From contig CAZYGG010000008.1 of assembly GCA_964647585.1 (NCBI GenBank), positions 2,643-66,642 of the forward strand: DNA of 64,000 bases. Reading direction: 5' to 3'. A program made the translations under genes and the position numbers. The notes below the pieces were generated by a model. That model was not told the origin of the DNA. It did not search any database and saw only the letters and a program-made list of their open reading frames with translations. Source of the DNA: an uncultured Desulfobacterales bacterium. GTDB lineage: Bacteria > Desulfobacterota > Desulfobacteria > Desulfobacterales > CAJINA01. Positions 9,616 to 17,970 of this stretch are shown here, piece by piece. Position 1 is the first letter of the stretch, and every line of letters starts with the position of its first letter.

Positions 9616-10346
9616 GGTGAGCCTGTTTTGTCGGCCGAAGCCGTATTGAGGTTGATTTTGTTATCGCGAAAATTGGCGGAGACCTTTTCGTAAGCCTGGA
9701 GGGTGTCGCGCAGGCCTTCGCTCAGAAACCGGCCGGTCAGGGTCGCGCCGCTGATGCCATCCACGAAATTGGCCTGGCTGCCCGGCGGTACCCGGCCCGC
9801 CACCTTGCCTTTGGCGATCCCTAAGGATACAAAGCGACCCTCGGGATCGACAATTTTTTTCCCGCGAAAATTATTCTGAAACCAGGCGGTCTCGATTTCC
9901 CCGCCAAGCCCCGGGGTTTCACCGTGGCTGAAAACGGTAAACCCGGCCACGGTCAGCCCGTCGTTTTCCAGCGCAAGATAGCCCTCGATTTTGCCCCAGA
10001 GCCCCCGGGAATGCACCGGCAGTATATAGGACTGGATCGCGTCGTTCTGCACATATAGAAAAAGCGGCCGCCCCTTGCCCGCGGTCGCTGTTTCCGGTCC
10101 GATGTATCCGGAAATGTCCGCCCAATAGCTTCTGATATTCTCCTGGTAGAGCTGCTCGATCTCCTCGCCGGAATAGCGCACACCCGCCTGGATCAGACCG
10201 ACGGATTTAAGAAGGTTCTTCTGGTTGTCGATCCGGATGTTATTCATCCGGTATTCCTTAAGCCCCGAAGAGGCCCCGGTGAGCAGAAGGCTGCTGATCA
10301 GCGCGGTCAGGGCGGCAAACCAGATGGATTTCAGCGTATCAGACAT
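9612..10346 (-). CDS. nqrC: Na+-NQR subunit C
   Basis: GLWG, HGETPGLGGEI, DGISGAT FMN-attachment motif. Confidence 0.95.
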   Translation of the reverse strand: MSDTLKSIWFAALTALISSLLLTGASSGLKEYRMNNIRIDNQKNLLKSVGLIQAGVRYSGEEIEQLYQENIRSYWADISGYIGPETATAGKGRPLFLYVQNDAIQSYILPVHSRGLWGKIEGYLALENDGLTVAGFTVFSHGETPGLGGEIETAWFQNNFRGKKIVDPEGRFVSLGIAKGKVAGRVPPGSQANFVDGISGATLTGRFLSEGLRDTLQAYEKVSANFRDNKINLNTASADKTGSP

Positions 10347-11511
10347 TGGGGATCCTCTTTTTAACCTTCACCTTGATTTCGAAATAGTCCAGCAGGGGGG
10401 CAAATACATTCATAAATAAAATGGCCAGCATCACCCCTTCCGGGTAGGCGGGATTGAACACCCGTATCAGGACGGTCAGGGCCCCGATCAAAAAACCGAA
10501 TATCCAGCGGGAGGTCTCCATCCCGGGAGACGATACCGGGTCGGTGGCCATGAAAACAATCCCGAAGGCAAAACCGCCCATCACCAGGTGATACAGCGGG
10601 TTCATCGCCAGCCAGACATTATCGGAACCCCCGGCAAAGAGGTTGAGAACCAACCCGGTGGCCACCACCCCGAGAACCCCGCCGACCATTATCTTGTAGC
10701 TGGCAATCCCCGTGGCAACAAGGAACATAGCGCCCACCAGGCATAACAGCGTCGAGGTCCCGCCAATACTCCCCGGGTAACTGCCGACAAGCAGGTCCTG
10801 CAGCGAATACCCGGCTGCGGTCAGCACCCCTTCCGCCTTCTGGCCCGCCTCCGCCAGCGAGATTGACGCCAGGGGCGTGGCCCCGCTCACCGCATCCGCT
10901 GCCCGGGTGCCGGCCGTCCAGACACTGTCACCGGACATGTTGGTGGGATATGCAAAAAAGATGAATGCCCGCCCGGTCAGGGCCGGATTTAGAAAGTTCC
11001 GCCCCACCCCGCCGAAAATCTCCTTGCCGATCACAATCCCGAAGGAAAAGCCCACGGCCACCTGCCACAACGGAATGGTTGGCGGCAGGGTCAGGGGAAA
11101 CAGAAGGCCGGACACCAGCAACCCCTCGCTAATGTGGTGTTTCCGGATGGAAGCAAACAGGGTTTCCCAGAAAAAGCCGACGGCGTAAGTCACCAGGATC
11201 ATCGGGACAAAGATCCAGAGGCCTTCGATAAAAATCTCCGCCCACGAAAGGCTCAGACCGGCTGCGGCCGCCGACTGATAGCCGGCATTGAAAATGCCAA
11301 AAACCGTCACCGGCAGCAGGGACAGGATAACGAACGCCATAAAACGTTTCACATCCAAAGAATCCCTCACCAGCGGGCCCTTGCGAGTGGGGATGACCGG
11401 TACGAAGAAAACAGTCTCCAGGGCCCCGAAAAAGGGTTCCAGCATGTGGAGGCGGCCGCCCTCGCTGAAATGCGGTCTCAAACTATCCAGAAAGTTGCGC
11501 AATTTTTTCAT
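10339..11511 (-). CDS. nqrB: Na+-NQR subunit B
   Basis: KEIFGGVGRNFLNPALTGRA, DAVSGAT, FMATDPVS, PEGVMLAILFMN. Confidence 0.95.
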   Translation of the reverse strand: MKKLRNFLDSLRPHFSEGGRLHMLEPFFGALETVFFVPVIPTRKGPLVRDSLDVKRFMAFVILSLLPVTVFGIFNAGYQSAAAAGLSLSWAEIFIEGLWIFVPMILVTYAVGFFWETLFASIRKHHISEGLLVSGLLFPLTLPPTIPLWQVAVGFSFGIVIGKEIFGGVGRNFLNPALTGRAFIFFAYPTNMSGDSVWTAGTRAADAVSGATPLASISLAEAGQKAEGVLTAAGYSLQDLLVGSYPGSIGGTSTLLCLVGAMFLVATGIASYKIMVGGVLGVVATGLVLNLFAGGSDNVWLAMNPLYHLVMGGFAFGIVFMATDPVSSPGMETSRWIFGFLIGALTVLIRVFNPAYPEGVMLAILFMNVFAPLLDYFEIKVKVKKRIPNV

Positions 11512-11513
11512 GT

Positions 11514-12848
11514 TCAGGCGATTTCCTTGGCGTAGGCTTCCTTGGCTTTTTTCAGAATGTCGCTGATCTCGATTTTAGACGGGCAGACAAAACTGCAAAG
11601 GCCGCATTCAACACAATCCAGCAGTCCCAGGGCCAGGGCTTCTTCGATTTCATCCGCCTCCACGGCCTTGAACGTGAACTGGGGCAGGATATCCACCGGG
11701 CACACCCGGGCGCAATAGCCGCAGTTGATGCAGGCGCGGTCCTCTCCGTTCAGGTCGCATTCCAACACCATCGGGCCGGGATTGAAAACCGACGTAAAGG
11801 CCCGCGATCGGCTGGCCTTCCGATAACCCGGCATAACAAAACCAAAAAGCTCCTTGGGGTCACCGGCCGGCATCAGCGTCAGGGCGGTTTCATAAAAACC
11901 GAGGTAGGTATCTATGGCGGTACTGTATCCATTGAATATCCCCCCGGCCACCAGGCGCAGGCCATCGGGTTCCACAGCACCGATAAGGTCGCTCAACGGG
12001 GCGCCCGCCCGGGTCAGGAGATGCTTTTTTCGACTGCTGCGCGGTCCCCCCACCGCCACCACTTTTTCAACCGGATAGACACCGCTGCGCAGGCCCGCCG
12101 ACAGGGTCAGGAGATCCTGGCCGGTGATGTACCACGCCCGGTTCTCTTGTGAAGATGTCTTTACATGATACAAAACAGTGGCCGGGTCATCCGCCGGGTA
12201 ATCCCCTTTGATCATGTGGGTGATACGGCTGTCAATTCCAGCGATACCGGTACCGCCCCCTCCGGCGGTTATCAGAACCCGGTCGGAGAGTTTTGAGAGA
12301 AGATCCAGACCATACTCAAAATCATCCTCGCGGCCTTTGAGGTACACCTGCGGATCCGGGTGAAATGGGGCCTGCGACCCGAGGCTGACAATGACCAGTG
12401 GCGGTTTCGCCGCCGGGTCGGGTATATCTTTAAAAGGTAAGGATCTGAAAAGGGGCCACAGGCTGCCGGCCAGCAGGGCATCGACCAGCTCCTGGCGATC
12501 GGCGGCCGCCACGCTTTCCGGTGAGAAGGCCGGCTGGTTCAGGGTTTCTGCCTGCTCATCCAGCTCAATGATAATTTCAGTGACGACTCTGCGCGGGCCA
12601 TAGCTGATTGCGGCCACTCGGCCTGACCCCGGGGAGGGAAAGGTTATCCGGGGATTGCGTTTATCCTCGCAAAGGGGCGCCCCGGCCAGTACCCGGTCCC
12701 CTTCTTTCACCTTCAGCCTGGGTTTGACAAACGGTATTTTGTCCGGGTGGAACCCAACTTTTGAAGGGGGCGGGAGGATTTCAAGGTCAGCAGACGGGCT
12801 GCCCGCCAGGTTCAGGTCGTAGCCATTCTTGACAGTTACAGTAACCAT
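11514..12848 (-). CDS. nqrA: Na+-NQR subunit A with C-terminal 2x[4Fe-4S] motifs
   Basis: Start MVTVTVKNGYDLNLAG with GGAG RBS; KPRLKVKEGD, PSPGSG; CINCGYCARVCP and CVECGLCSFVCP. Confidence 0.88.
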   Translation of the reverse strand: MVTVTVKNGYDLNLAGSPSADLEILPPPSKVGFHPDKIPFVKPRLKVKEGDRVLAGAPLCEDKRNPRITFPSPGSGRVAAISYGPRRVVTEIIIELDEQAETLNQPAFSPESVAAADRQELVDALLAGSLWPLFRSLPFKDIPDPAAKPPLVIVSLGSQAPFHPDPQVYLKGREDDFEYGLDLLSKLSDRVLITAGGGGTGIAGIDSRITHMIKGDYPADDPATVLYHVKTSSQENRAWYITGQDLLTLSAGLRSGVYPVEKVVAVGGPRSSRKKHLLTRAGAPLSDLIGAVEPDGLRLVAGGIFNGYSTAIDTYLGFYETALTLMPAGDPKELFGFVMPGYRKASRSRAFTSVFNPGPMVLECDLNGEDRACINCGYCARVCPVDILPQFTFKAVEADEIEEALALGLLDCVECGLCSFVCPSKIEISDILKKAKEAYAKEIA

Positions 12849-13013
12849 AGAAACTCCGCTATCGCTTCCCGTTGAAATGGGGGTCGTGCATGTCCCGCCC
12901 GGCGGGATCCAAATGGCACGGCAGTGTCTTTGCTCAAATTTGGTGTCGCCCCTGCCGTCAGGGGTATGCAACTAAAAAACAGGTAACGCCGAACGCATCT
13001 CCTGTAATCTGGT

Positions 13014-13029
13014 AGCAACTATCATGCCG
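13014..13029 (-). promoter_or_regulatory. Sigma54-type promoter of the nqr operon
   Basis: CGGCAT-GATAG-TTGCT on the minus strand. Confidence 0.6.
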
Positions 13030-13164
13030 ATTTTCATAACAGATGCAGCCGACCGGGTGTTGTTTTAAATAATCTCAGACGACATTTTTTGGATGCTTTT
13101 TTCCCCCGGTATATGGTAATAAGGTTGTAATATAGAAATTGAAAAAGGTACAAGGAGAATCTCG

Positions 13165-13374
13165 ATGAGTGAAACTACCAAAAAAATCAAACAGGTGTGC
13201 GAATGTGAAAATTGCGGCAATGAGGCTGAGATGGTGGTCACCTGCACGCTTGAGGATGAAAGCCCGGCCGCCGATGCACCCGCCCACGAACACAAACACC
13301 AACCGGGGAAGGTCAAAGGGACCGCCACATGCACAAGTTGCGGCAATGAAGCCGACATGTGGGTGGACCTGTAG
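13165..13374 (+). CDS. Small Cys-rich zinc-ribbon-like protein
   Basis: AAGGAG RBS; internal repeat CENCGNEAEM / CTSCGNEADM. Confidence 0.75.
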   Translation: MSETTKKIKQVCECENCGNEAEMVVTCTLEDESPAADAPAHEHKHQPGKVKGTATCTSCGNEADMWVDL

Positions 13375-13504
13375 CAGGCCCGTAAACAGTCCGTGCAACC
13401 AATGACGGCTCCCGTGCCTGTGGCACTTCAGGCTTGACACGGGCCCTTTTTTCATTTTAGGGATCAGGTTAAGACTGGCTCAATCGGAGTCGGTATTGAA
13501 GAGT

Positions 13505-13630
13505 CCCCTGCAGCCAACTGCAGGGAATGTTCTGCCGTTCGACAGTGCTTCGCAGCCCCGTTAAGGGATTCTGCTTTATTTTCAGATGCGCTCGCTAACC
13601 CCGCAGCAAGCTGCGGGGAATGCGCTCGCT
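13505..13630. repeat. Paired REP-like palindromes
   Basis: CCCCTGCAGCCAACTGCAGGGAAT and CCCCGCAGCAAGCTGCGGGGAAT; ATGCGCTCGCT direct repeat flanks the second. Confidence 0.6.
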
Positions 13631-13655
13631 GATTCGGTCCAAGAGGGCATTGGCT

Positions 13656-14066
13656 TTGGAAGTACAGAAAAATATGCGGATGACCCGCCAGAGAGCGGTT
13701 ATTCTTGAAGAATTGCGAAATTCCGAGGCACACCCCAGTGCGGACGAGCTGTACCAGATGGTTCGCAAGCGGCTGCCCCGGATCAGTCTGGGAACGGTGT
13801 ATCGCAACCTTGAAATCCTGGCCGAACTGGGTGAAATCCAGAAACTGGAGTTGAGTGGTGCGCTGAAAAGATATGACGGCCACCCCCACCGGCACTACCA
13901 CATCCGCTGCGTTCGGTGTGACACGGTGATCAACGCGCCGATTGCGCCGTTGAACCAGCTCGAAGACGAGCTTTACGAAACAACTGTTTTCGAGATCATT
14001 GGGCATAACCTTGAATTCACCGGATTGTGCCCGGCCTGTTCGCGGGATCAGGAAAAGGCCTCATAG
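13656..14066 (+). CDS. Fur-family repressor, probably PerR
   Basis: TRQRAVILE, HPSADELY, SLGTVYRNL, HYHIRCVRC, C-terminal CPAC; start uncertain (TTG 13656 or ATG 13674). Confidence 0.85.
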   Translation: MEVQKNMRMTRQRAVILEELRNSEAHPSADELYQMVRKRLPRISLGTVYRNLEILAELGEIQKLELSGALKRYDGHPHRHYHIRCVRCDTVINAPIAPLNQLEDELYETTVFEIIGHNLEFTGLCPACSRDQEKAS

Positions 14067-14153
14067 CGTTCGATCCACACGATCCGGCCAAATCTCAAAA
14101 TATCGAAAAGCTGATTTCGTACCATCTTCCCCATCACAAATTATAGAAATCCC

Positions 14154-14203
14154 TGTATTGCGATACACTTGTGTATCAGTAGTCGACGAGACAAAACCGT
14201 CCC
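14154..14203. promoter_or_regulatory. Putative enhancer (tandem UAS) upstream of citrate synthase
   Basis: GATACA-CTTG-TGTATC at 14162-14177 and degenerate GAGACA-AAAC-CGTCCC at 14188-14203. Confidence 0.55.
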
Positions 14204-14311
14204 CCGCATAAGTTTGCTTGTCCGCAGGCCCCCTAAATTTTTTTATATGTATATTCAATAGGTTAAATTGTTTTGTAAGGATTGGGGGTTTATCGCGACC
14301 AACTGACAGGG

Positions 14312-14327
14312 TGGCACGGAATTTGAA
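14312..14327 (+). promoter_or_regulatory. Sigma54-type promoter (TTGA -12 variant)
   Basis: TGGCAC-GGAAT-TTGAA. Confidence 0.55.
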
Positions 14328-14453
14328 TTATAAGGTTGACAGTTAGCATCTCCACTGTTCAACAGGATAATGATCCCGTTGCCGTAGCCTGCCCCCGGGC
14401 AGCCCGGCTCCTCCGGAGAGAGCGGGTAAACCCATTAAAATTTGAGGTGAACC

Positions 14454-15632
14454 ATGGAAGAATGCGGAATTGTCCAAAACACCGGCTTAAGAGGCGTTAC
14501 CATTGCCAGCACAAAAATCAGCGACGTGGATGGCCAAAAGGGCAAACTGGTCTACAGGGGCTATCTGGCCAAAGACCTGGCCGGAAACATCACGTTCGAG
14601 GAAGTTGCCTTTCTGCTCCTATATGAAAAATTACCGGACCAGGCGGAACTGTCGGCCTTCGCGGATGAGCTTGCCAAAAACAGGGATCTGCCACAGAATA
14701 TTTTTGCCGCGATGGCGGGTTTCCCAAAAGATGCCCTTCCCATGGATGTACTCCAGGCCGTGGTCCCCATGCTGGCCCATCACGATCCGGGGGTAAATGA
14801 ACACTCCCAGGAAAGCGCCCTTGCAATCGCCATCAAGCTGATCGCCAAGTTCCCCGCTATCGTGGCGGCCTGGGAACGCATCCGCAACGGCAAGGCCCCC
14901 GTTGATCCGGATCCGGCTCTCGGGCACGCGGCCAATTTCTTTTACATGCTGACCGGCGAAGTCCCGGATGCAGACCTGGCCGGCTTTTTTGATACGGCCC
15001 TGGTGCTGCATGCGGAGCACTCTTTTAACGCTTCTACTTTTGCCGCCCGCGAGGTCGCCTCCACCAAGGCTCACATGTATGCCTCGGTCGCCGCGGCAGT
15101 CGGTTCGCTTTCGGGCCCCCTGCATGGCGGCGCCAACACCCGGGTCATGCTCATGCTCCAGGATATCGGATCGGCAGATAAGGTAGAGGCCTATGTCCAG
15201 AACATATTGGACACCGGCGGGGTTATCATGGGACTCGGTCACGCCGTCTACCAGACCGACGACCCCCGGGCCCACATCCTGGCCCCCATGTCAAAAACCC
15301 TGGGTGAACGGGCCGGGGATACCACCTGGTACGATCTCTCCAAAAAACTCGAGATGGTGGGCAAGCAGGCCTTCAAAGAGAAAAAGGGACGGGAAATTTA
15401 TGTGAATGTCGATTTCTACAGTGCCTCACTCTACTACTACATGGGCATCGCTCCAGATCAGTTCACGCCGATATTTGCCATTTCCCGAATCGCGGGATGG
15501 GCCGCCCACGTGATCGAAGAGCAATTCGGTGGCGCTGCGGCCAAACCGGCCCTGTACCGACCGGAGTCCGATTATGTTGGCGATTACTGCGGACCGGACG
15601 AGTGTACGTTTGTACCGGTTGATGACCGTTGA
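14454..15632 (+). CDS. gltA: Si-citrate synthase (citrate/2-methylcitrate synthase family)
   Basis: LHAEHSFNAST, GPLHGGAN, MGLGHAVY..DPR, NVDFYS motifs. Confidence 0.9.
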   Translation: MEECGIVQNTGLRGVTIASTKISDVDGQKGKLVYRGYLAKDLAGNITFEEVAFLLLYEKLPDQAELSAFADELAKNRDLPQNIFAAMAGFPKDALPMDVLQAVVPMLAHHDPGVNEHSQESALAIAIKLIAKFPAIVAAWERIRNGKAPVDPDPALGHAANFFYMLTGEVPDADLAGFFDTALVLHAEHSFNASTFAAREVASTKAHMYASVAAAVGSLSGPLHGGANTRVMLMLQDIGSADKVEAYVQNILDTGGVIMGLGHAVYQTDDPRAHILAPMSKTLGERAGDTTWYDLSKKLEMVGKQAFKEKKGREIYVNVDFYSASLYYYMGIAPDQFTPIFAISRIAGWAAHVIEEQFGGAAAKPALYRPESDYVGDYCGPDECTFVPVDDR

Positions 15633-15672
15633 TCGATATTATGCCGGTTGACGAAAATTTTTTCTGTTTGCG

Positions 15673-15763
15673 TGTCACTCTGAACGTAGTGAAGAGTCCC
15701 CTTCGGGTTAAGGCCATACCGCATTGTCAGGGATTCTTCGTCGTTTCACTCCTCAGAATGACG
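15673..15763 (+). repeat. 91-bp palindromic repeat family B, copy 1
   Basis: TGTCACTCTGAACGTAGTGAAGAGTCCC...GGGATTCTTCGTCGTTTCACTCCTCAGAATGAC. Confidence 0.85.
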
Positions 15764-15821
15764 TCATAGAGTAATCGGAGCCTAATTTTGGCAACAGGCT
15801 CAGTATATAGGAGAATAGAAG

Positions 15822-17420
15822 ATGGAAGTAGCCCAGGATGAAGAGATCAGAAGAATTCAACTTGAACTGGAGAAGACGCTGTCCCAAATCGAACGGGAGA
15901 TCCCGATCTATCTTTATACAAAACCAGGTGTAAATGACGTTTTCAGCGATGCGGCCCGCCAGGGCATCCGGTTTTTCAGGCAGTTGACGGACCGGGTCAA
16001 GCTGCGTGAATTTGATCTTGGCCATGCAACGGCCACCGAACTGGGGGTGCAAAGCTCACCGACCATCGTTTTCGACCCCGACAACTACAATATCCAGTGG
16101 CAGGGCGCGCCCATGGGGGAAGAAGCCAAAATTTTTCTCGAAGCCCTGCTGCGCATCGGCACCCAAAAAGCCGGCCTAAACGAACAGTCCGCCGCTGTTC
16201 TCGCAAAAATAGACGGCCCCCGGAACATCAAGGTCTTTGTGAGCCCCTCCTGCCCGTACTGCCCGCAGCAGGCGCTCAACGCACTCAAGGCCGCGGTGGG
16301 CAAACCGGACCTGATCTCTCTGCAGATTATCGACATCCAGGCCAATCCGGACCTGGCCGACCAATATTCCGCCCAATCGGTACCCCAGACGTTTGCCGAT
16401 GATATCCTGATTGCCATGGGTGCCCAGACCGAAGAACTTTTCATGGCCTCACTTGACAAGATGGAACAGCAGACCGTCTTCATTCCGGAGACCGATGCGG
16501 AAGAAATCACCACGGACCTGGTCATCGTCGGCGGTGGCCCGGCCGGTCTCAGCGCCGGGATTTATGCGGCCCGCAGCGGCCTGGACAGTGTCATCCTCGA
16601 AAAGGGCGTTTTGGGCGGCCAGGTGGCCCTCACCCCGGTGGTTGAAAACTACCCGGGCATGAAGCAGGTGGGCGGCAAAACCCTGGTGGACATCATGGTC
16701 ACCCATGCGCTGGAATACGTGAACATCTTTCCCGGAGAGGAGGTAGTCGCCATTCAACCGGGTGAACCGATCCTGGTGCAGACCAGCCGACGGAAATTCT
16801 GGACAAAATCCGTCCTGCTCACTACCGGTGCAAACCACCGCCATCTCGGGGTCCCCGGTGAAAACCGCTACTCCGGCCGCGGGGTCAGTTACTGCGCCAC
16901 CTGTGACGGGCCGCTTTTCAAAGGCCGCAAAGTGCTGATGGTAGGCGGCGGTAACAGTGCGGTCACCGAAGCCCTGCACCTGAAAAACATGGGCGTGGAT
17001 GTTACCATCGTCCATCGCCGCGACCAGCTTAAAGCCCAAAAAGTCCTGGTCGACAAGCTGCCGGAAAACGGCATCGACGTCATCTTTAATCACCAGGTCG
17101 TCAGCATCGATGGCAACGGCATCATTGAAAAAGCAGTCCTCCGTGAAACGGACACCGGTAAAACCAGGGAAGTCCCGGTCAACGGTGTGTTCATGGCCAT
17201 CGGTTACGAACCGTCTACGGGCCTGGCCGACAAACTCGGTCTGGAACTCACGGATGAAGGCTATATCAAGCATGACAACTTTCGGACAAATATCCCCGGC
17301 ATCTACACGGCCGGCGATGTTGCCGGCGGGTACAAACAGATTGTCACCGCCGCCGGGCAGGGATCGGAAGCGGCCCTGACCGTGTTCGAAGACATCATCA
17401 ACCCTTACTGGAAAAACTGA
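15822..17420 (+). CDS. Thioredoxin reductase with N-terminal thioredoxin-fold domains (AhpF-like)
   Basis: CPYC in N-terminal part; GGGPAG, GVSYCATCDG, GGGNSA, TAGD. Confidence 0.9.
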   Translation: MEVAQDEEIRRIQLELEKTLSQIEREIPIYLYTKPGVNDVFSDAARQGIRFFRQLTDRVKLREFDLGHATATELGVQSSPTIVFDPDNYNIQWQGAPMGEEAKIFLEALLRIGTQKAGLNEQSAAVLAKIDGPRNIKVFVSPSCPYCPQQALNALKAAVGKPDLISLQIIDIQANPDLADQYSAQSVPQTFADDILIAMGAQTEELFMASLDKMEQQTVFIPETDAEEITTDLVIVGGGPAGLSAGIYAARSGLDSVILEKGVLGGQVALTPVVENYPGMKQVGGKTLVDIMVTHALEYVNIFPGEEVVAIQPGEPILVQTSRRKFWTKSVLLTTGANHRHLGVPGENRYSGRGVSYCATCDGPLFKGRKVLMVGGGNSAVTEALHLKNMGVDVTIVHRRDQLKAQKVLVDKLPENGIDVIFNHQVVSIDGNGIIEKAVLRETDTGKTREVPVNGVFMAIGYEPSTGLADKLGLELTDEGYIKHDNFRTNIPGIYTAGDVAGGYKQIVTAAGQGSEAALTVFEDIINPYWKN

Positions 17421-17902
17421 TGGAACCCAAAAGCGTGGATTCAACCAGTGTCATCATGTCACACATGATGCTCCCACCGGACGCCAATCCGGTGGGTATT
17501 GTCCACGGCGGTGTCGTCATGAAGGCCATCGACGATGCCGCGGGGGTGGTGGCGGTACGGCATTCAGGCGGCCACGCGGTCACCGCTTCCATCGACCGAC
17601 TCGATTTCCACCACCCGGCCTTTATCGGGAACCTGCTGACGGTCAAGGCTTCCATGAACCTGACCGGCGCCACCTCCATGGAAATCGGCGCCCGGGTTGA
17701 AACCGAAGACCCGGTCTCAGGAGTCGTAAAGCATACCGCTTCCGCCTACCTGACCTTTGTCGCCCTGGATGAAAACAACCGCCCGCGCAAAATCCCGGGG
17801 ATCATCCCCACGACCGAAGAACAAAAACGGCGCCACTGCGAGGCCATTGCCCGCCGGAAAGACCGTCTTGCAAAGAGGACTCAAAAGAAGTCCTGCCGGT
17901 AA
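17420..17902 (+). CDS. Acyl-CoA thioesterase (hotdog fold)
   Basis: DANPVGIVHGG..D motif, AYLTFVALD. Confidence 0.9.
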   Translation: MEPKSVDSTSVIMSHMMLPPDANPVGIVHGGVVMKAIDDAAGVVAVRHSGGHAVTASIDRLDFHHPAFIGNLLTVKASMNLTGATSMEIGARVETEDPVSGVVKHTASAYLTFVALDENNRPRKIPGIIPTTEEQKRRHCEAIARRKDRLAKRTQKKSCR

Positions 17903-17970
17903 ACCGAACAGGCGCAATCCGGGGTGTATGCGGCCCGCGTGTTTCCCTTTAAAAACTTGCAAAGGTCAAA

